A stretch of DNA of 64,000 nt from Candidatus Bathyarchaeota archaeon (GTDB taxonomy: Archaea > Thermoproteota > Bathyarchaeia > Bathyarchaeales > Bathycorpusculaceae). Under the pieces are notes generated by a model, which saw only the letters and a program-made list of their open reading frames with translations, made no database searches and was not told where the DNA came from. This document shows positions 58,811-64,000 of this stretch, one piece after another (positions within the stretch are counted from its first letter, which is position 1; each line of letters begins with the position of its first letter). The stretch lies in NCBI GenBank assembly GCA_963815095.1, contig CAWFFH010000001.1:32001-96000 (forward strand), given 5' to 3'. The translations under genes were made by a program, and so were the position numbers.

Positions 58811-59324
58811 AAGTATGCAACTCCAATTGTAAGTTATATTTTATTTGATTAAGTTAATCGCACTATGCGAGTTGTTCTCGCAATGATGAGATTTTAATTT
58901 GTTACTAATTTAGAATTTATTGGTGTGCCTTCATATAATACTTGTGGTTTTCTGATTCATGAACCTGAGAATGCAAAATTTGGTTCCTTTTTGACCTTAA
59001 ATTTTCTTAACTGAGGCTTTGAAAAAATTGGATAGTAAATGGCTCGAAAATGTAGATTGACTTAGTAACCGTTTTTAACTTGATGCGGAAAAAAAATTTT
59101 TGGAAGAGAACGCGATCCAGCAGTATTTTGGTTAACATTGCGCCTCCAAACGTTCTATATGGGTTTTATACGCATGCCGAAAAAGTCTACAGTAAAATTG
59201 GAAGAATATGTGACTTCACAATGAAGCCCAAACTTCAAGATTGGGAACAAAATAAAATACCTTTTAAAGCGCTTCGAACCCTTCAACTTAAATAATAAAT
59301 CCAACAAAGAAGAAGGTGGTATCA

Positions 59325-60107
59325 ATGAGTTTACACTTAAACCCTGAATACGACAAACTGCTACCAAAAATGAGCGAAGAAGAATTTACTCAACTCAAAA
59401 CTTCAATTGAAACCGAAGGCCAACACTACCCCATAATCGTAAACGAAGACCTCGAGGTTTTAGATGGGCACCATCGTTTCCGTGCCTGCACCGAACTTGA
59501 ACTTGAACCAGATTTCGAGGTTCGCAAATTTGACGACAAACTCTTAGAGAAAAAATTCGTCATAGAAGCCAATCTAAGACGCCGCCACTTAAACAACTTT
59601 CAACTTGTCGAGTTAGCTGTGCCGCTACTTGAGATTGAGAAAGCGCTTGCTAAGAAACGACAATCGAAAGGAGGAAAAAACGGGCGAGACATGCAGTTAG
59701 GGTTAGCGTCAGACGACGCTGAGATTGAGCCTAAAGCGAAAGCAACTGATGTAGTAGCCAAAAAAGTAGGAGTTTCAACCCGAACGTTTGAACGCGGCAA
59801 AAAAATAATGGAGAAAGCCAGTGAGGATGATAAACAGAAGCTTCGGGATGGAAAAACCAGTATTTCCAAAGTTTACCAAGAAATCGTGACAAGCGAAAAC
59901 CCTCAACCTAAACCTGAAGATATGCATGGTGTCCTTGGGGGGAAGGAATCGCCTCGCGAAGTCCAAAATAGAGCGGAGTTGCTTGCACTTTTGGAGCGTT
60001 TGGTAAATCAAGAAATATTCTGTCCATCCTGTGGTAACGCGATGTTTGAATGCAGCAAATGTCACAAGGATCTGCATGAATTATCAAAACATAAAAAATC
60101 TGGCTAA
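59325..60107 (+). CDS. ParB/Srx N-terminal domain protein with HTH and C-terminal Zn finger
   Basis: L..SI...GQ.YPIIV......LDGHHR.RA, EANL.RRHL, HTH A...VAKKVGVS.RT.ER, CPSC...ECSKC. Confidence 0.82.
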   Translation: MSLHLNPEYDKLLPKMSEEEFTQLKTSIETEGQHYPIIVNEDLEVLDGHHRFRACTELELEPDFEVRKFDDKLLEKKFVIEANLRRRHLNNFQLVELAVPLLEIEKALAKKRQSKGGKNGRDMQLGLASDDAEIEPKAKATDVVAKKVGVSTRTFERGKKIMEKASEDDKQKLRDGKTSISKVYQEIVTSENPQPKPEDMHGVLGGKESPREVQNRAELLALLERLVNQEIFCPSCGNAMFECSKCHKDLHELSKHKKSG

Positions 60108-60196
60108 ATAAGTGGGGAAACTTTAAGGCCTCCAAGTAAACTTTTTATACGCCACGTGACCCTTTGCTGAAAAAAAGAGTAATCTGATGTTGATTT

Positions 60197-61900
60197 ATGG
60201 TACAGTATAAATGGGTTGCATTATCGAACACAACTATTGGCATGTTGATGGCTTCAATCGACATGACGATTGTTTTAATTGCGATGCCTTCAATTTTTAG
60301 AGGTATAAACATTGATCCCTTCACTTCTTTTCAGTATTTACTCTGGATCATGTTTGGTTACAGCATCGTAACCGCAACCTTGTTGGTCACTTTCGGTAGG
60401 TTATCGGACATGTACGGACGAGTTCGACTGTACAATTTAGGCTTTGCAATATTTACTGTCGGCTCAATCTTGCTGTTTCTAACCCCTAACACAGGCGACG
60501 CTGGAGCCATAGAACTAATAGCTTTCCGAATCGTCCAAGGAGTCGGCGCAGCGTTTCTCTTCTCTAACAGCGGAGCAATCATAACCGATGCGTTCCCAGC
60601 AAACGAACGCGGCAAAGCTTTAGGAATCAACCAATTAGCTTTCCTTGCAGGTTCACTAATCGGCCTAGTTTTAGGCGGAGTCTTAGCAGTTTATGATTGG
60701 CGTCTGGTCTTTTTGGTAAGCGTTCCAGTTGGAATCATAGGCACAATTTGGTCTTACTGGAAACTCAAAGAACAAAACATAGTAAGGAAAAAGCAAAAAA
60801 TGGATTATTGGGGCAACATAAGCTTTGGCGGAGGCTTAACGCTGATTTTGATAGGCATAACCTACGGATTAACACCTTACGGTTCATCTCCAATGGGTTG
60901 GACTAACCCTTGGGTAATAGCTTCACTCTTTTCGGGGGTCGCCCTGCTATTTGCGTTTCCATTTATCGAAAAACGTGTAGCTCAGCCATTATTCAACTTG
61001 GACCTCTTCAAAAACAGAGAGTTCGCAACTGCAAATATTGCCACTTTCCTTAGCTCCATCTCCAGAGGCGGAGTAATGGTTATGCTTGTGGTGCTCTTAC
61101 AAGGCATATGGTTGCCACTTCATGGTTACAGCTATGACTCAACACCTTTTTGGGCAGGCATCTTCATGCTTCCAATGTCCATAGGCATAGCACTAACTGG
61201 CCCGTTAAGTGGCTGGTTATCTGATAAACATGGTTCAAGAGTGCTCGCGACTACAGGCATGATAATCACTGGTGTAGGGTTTTTAGTTTTCACTCTTTTG
61301 CCTTCAAACTTTGAATATTTACCCTTTGCGTTAATACTCTTAGTCCTTGGCATTGGCAACGGCATTTTCATGTCCCCAAACATGGCGTCAGTTATGAATT
61401 CTTGTCCACCAGAACATCGAGGTGCGGCTTCCGGTATGCGTTCAACTTTGCAGAATTGTGGACAAACTATCAGTCAAGCAATCTTCTTCGCCATAATCAT
61501 TATCTCATTAAACACTACATTGCCTGCAGCCTTAACAACGGCCGTAACCAACACAGGCGCCTCACCACAAGTTGCATCAGCCTTTAGTCATACACCCGCC
61601 GCAGGAGCGTTATTCGGCGCCTTTCTAGGCTACAACCCCATAGGAACAATGCTAAAAGGCATGGGCCCAATAGCCGCAGGGCTACCTCAAAGCACCTTAA
61701 ATACTCTGACAAGTCAAACATTCTTCCCTAACGCAATTTCCAGGCCATTCATGACCGCACTAACAACAGCCTTCATATTTGCTGCAGTCTTGTGTTTATT
61801 AGCCGCAGGGTTTTCAGTCTTGAGAGGCAAAAAAACAGCTTGCGTAGAGACAAGTCACGTTGAAGCTAAAGCAGAAATTGAGCCTCCTATGGAAGCGTAG
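60197..61900 (+). CDS. MFS drug:H+ antiporter (DHA2, EmrB/QacA-like)
   Basis: 14 TM pattern; M..ID.TIV.IA.P, GRLSD.YGR, FR.VQG.G.A, FP..ERGKALG, GWLSDK.G.R. Confidence 0.9.
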   Translation: MVQYKWVALSNTTIGMLMASIDMTIVLIAMPSIFRGINIDPFTSFQYLLWIMFGYSIVTATLLVTFGRLSDMYGRVRLYNLGFAIFTVGSILLFLTPNTGDAGAIELIAFRIVQGVGAAFLFSNSGAIITDAFPANERGKALGINQLAFLAGSLIGLVLGGVLAVYDWRLVFLVSVPVGIIGTIWSYWKLKEQNIVRKKQKMDYWGNISFGGGLTLILIGITYGLTPYGSSPMGWTNPWVIASLFSGVALLFAFPFIEKRVAQPLFNLDLFKNREFATANIATFLSSISRGGVMVMLVVLLQGIWLPLHGYSYDSTPFWAGIFMLPMSIGIALTGPLSGWLSDKHGSRVLATTGMIITGVGFLVFTLLPSNFEYLPFALILLVLGIGNGIFMSPNMASVMNSCPPEHRGAASGMRSTLQNCGQTISQAIFFAIIIISLNTTLPAALTTAVTNTGASPQVASAFSHTPAAGALFGAFLGYNPIGTMLKGMGPIAAGLPQSTLNTLTSQTFFPNAISRPFMTALTTAFIFAAVLCLLAAGFSVLRGKKTACVETSHVEAKAEIEPPMEA

Positions 61901-61975
61901 TCAGGCAATCAACTTTTTCTTATAAGAAATTTTTTACAATTATGACCACCTTTTTTAGCTGAAAGCAGACATAAC

Positions 61976-64000
61976 TTACTTTCGTCTTTTTATCAAAACA
62001 ACTACTAAAATAGATACTGCCAATACAGTCAAAATCCCCGTTATCGCGGGAATTTCAAGAACTACAACTTCAGGGGAAGTGAAGGGTGTAGATGTTGGGG
62101 TAGTCGACGGCGTGGGCGTAGGGGTGGGCGATGAAGTTTGACTTGGTGTTGGCGTGGGTGAAGGAATATGTGTTGGGGCTACTGTGGACTTCGGAGTTTT
62201 AACATTTAATGTGTAACTATATATTGGAGACGTTAACCCTGCATTATCTCTGTATTGGGCATAAACTGTTTTTTGGCCATCGCCGCTTTGAAGAGTCCAT
62301 GTAGTCGATGATGCATAAGGCTCCCAGTTAGACCAAGTGTTGTTATCGTTTGAGAAGCTCATTTGCGATATTCCTGAGAGATCTTCAGCTGTAGATAAAG
62401 TCAGTGTAATGGTGGGTGAAGTGGTGGTTGCAGCTGTCGTTATTGTGCCTGCTGGGGCGGTTTTGTCTAATTGAATTCCTTTGAGGGTGACATGTGGAAG
62501 GTAAGTTAGGCCTGTCCCATAAATATTCCATGAACTCCAATAATCAAGCGTGTTGTTGTCGCCTTCGGTTGTTATCGTTGGCTGTCCGTTAGCAGTAACG
62601 TTGAAAACTGGTCCATCGTTTATGGTATAGAATGTTTCATTTACTGGATAGTCAGGTGTTAAGTTTATGGTTACGTTAGATGTATGCCATCCAACTGTGT
62701 AATCGTTAGCTACAGTTGGTAAACGGGTTAAATTGACGCAGAAATTGCTGTTTCCATCATTTATTGTAAGAATATGCTGTCCCGCATCAGTGATTGGCAC
62801 CTGCACGGTTGCATTCAAAAATCCTGTTCCGTCAATCGTTGCTGTACCTAAACTCACTTTGTCATCCCACTTTAAAGATGCGGTGCCGTTTATGGGGTTA
62901 AACCATTGGCCCACAATAATTATGGATTGGTGATTTTGAACAAAAGTCGATGCGGCTAAGTTTGTGTTGCTACCGAATAATCCGGTGGCTGAAGTGTCTG
63001 ATAGTTGCGTTAAGCCCCGTCTCCACTCCGTATAAGGTACGGTTGTTTTGTAGTAGCGTCCATTGCTGTTATCTTGCGCTCGAAAAATAATGTTGTCGGA
63101 TTGAGGCTGATTGTCTCCTGCTGAATTGTTCCGAAGTAGGTCTGGGGCATTGAATGAATAACTGAAAGTTCCCGCTGTGGTTTCATAGTTATCTGTTAAT
63201 GGGATCCAAGAGAGATTCGTTGGATTTAGATAAGTTATATTTACTGTGCTGCCTGTGGTGATGCCTATTCCGCTCAGTGTTATAGAGCCGCCGGGTGGTC
63301 CAGAATTTGGCGTTACCGTTAGGGCGCCGAAATTAAAAGTTAAAGGGCTCCCTAACCCCGTCACTAAATCGTAACTTGTTGTTGCAGAATTAATGTAGTT
63401 GGAGCCCTCTGTCATGTCACGAAAGTAAGTGGAGTAGACTGATGTTGCTCTTGCATACAGATTATTGTTTGTCGCTGAAAGTCCAAGGGCGTGGATAGCT
63501 GCCCATTGAGGTGCGCCAGCGCTTGTGCCGCCTACTTTCCACCATGTACCATTATACACTGCAACTCCTGTGTTAGCATCTCCAACGTACGATACATCGG
63601 GAACCGCCCGATTAGAGTAAGTAAGTCCATAGTTTGTTTGGAAGATAGGTTTAGCTACGTAATTGCTTACTCCGCCGCTACTGTTGCTCCAAGCTGTCTC
63701 AGAAATTACCTTTCCAGCCGAGTTAAGGTTTAAGGTAGTTCCCCCAACACTAACAACTTTTGCTGAGGCGGCAGGCCAGTTTACGTATGTACCGTCATCC
63801 CCTGAAGATGCGAAAAAAGTTATCCCTGGCTTATTAAAATGGTTTTCAAAACTACTGCTTGTTTCACTTGAGAACTCATTGTTGCCCCAACTCATTGAAA
63901 CCGCCACCACTCCTGGCTGGCTAGTTGCATAATCAACGGCAGAAAGAAGGTCAGAATCCGATGCAGACGTTGCTTCAACCAACAGGATTTTTGCGTTTGG
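61976..64000 (-). CDS. S53 (sedolisin/kumamolisin-like) peptidase with Ig-like domains, S/T/P linker and C-terminal membrane anchor; 5' end lies outside the window
   Basis: VSMSWG, FASSGDDG, P.....V.SVGGT.L, R.VPDVS, catalytic GGTSAGAPQWA, YD.VTGLGSP; PT-repeat linker, TM helix and KRRK tail. Confidence 0.88.
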   Translation of the reverse strand, partial: PNAKILLVEATSASDSDLLSAVDYATSQPGVVAVSMSWGNNEFSSETSSSFENHFNKPGITFFASSGDDGTYVNWPAASAKVVSVGGTTLNLNSAGKVISETAWSNSSGGVSNYVAKPIFQTNYGLTYSNRAVPDVSYVGDANTGVAVYNGTWWKVGGTSAGAPQWAAIHALGLSATNNNLYARATSVYSTYFRDMTEGSNYINSATTSYDLVTGLGSPLTFNFGALTVTPNSGPPGGSITLSGIGITTGSTVNITYLNPTNLSWIPLTDNYETTAGTFSYSFNAPDLLRNNSAGDNQPQSDNIIFRAQDNSNGRYYKTTVPYTEWRRGLTQLSDTSATGLFGSNTNLAASTFVQNHQSIIIVGQWFNPINGTASLKWDDKVSLGTATIDGTGFLNATVQVPITDAGQHILTINDGNSNFCVNLTRLPTVANDYTVGWHTSNVTINLTPDYPVNETFYTINDGPVFNVTANGQPTITTEGDNNTLDYWSSWNIYGTGLTYLPHVTLKGIQLDKTAPAGTITTAATTTSPTITLTLSTAEDLSGISQMSFSNDNNTWSNWEPYASSTTWTLQSGDGQKTVYAQYRDNAGLTSPIYSYTLNVKTPKSTVAPTHIPSPTPTPSQTSSPTPTPTPSTTPTSTPFTSPEVVVLEIPAITGILTVLAVSILVVVLIKRRK

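Noticed and set aside
58811-59324. Replication origin in the AT-rich gap near polB, dnaG and parB
   Set aside because: No recognisable ORB repeats and no cdc6/orc1 gene in the window.

Overview
Archaeal chromosomal window, most consistent with Bathyarchaeia. That assignment is an inference from gene content: crenarchaeal-type SSB, solo ESCRT-III, family-B polymerase, archaeal DnaG, DGGGP synthase, tRNA-intron endonuclease and large PQQ-like surface proteins. It is mostly housekeeping, transport and carbon metabolism, with about 60 CDS and one intron-containing tRNA-Tyr. No CRISPR array, rRNA, transposase or integrase was seen. The strongest leads are: (1) a lone, intact contractile tail-sheath gene with no tube or baseplate genes, in an apparent wHTH-sheath-DinB operon divergent from a NurA-HerA pair; (2) a pentameric ligand-gated ion channel homologue hidden by frameshifts; (3) a ~120-nt structured candidate ncRNA next to polB, with a TATA-like box and an oligo-T run; (4) a PolB with intact polymerase motifs but degenerate proofreading motifs; (5) a tRNA-Tyr with two introns whose BHB motifs overlap; (6) a membrane-tethered HTH regulator with a candidate palindromic operator upstream of itself and of a beta-propeller gene. 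Single-base indels interrupt several genes (polB, dnaG, sdhA, glutaminyl cyclase, the channel) and are probably assembly errors. All product calls come from motif recognition by eye, not database searches.
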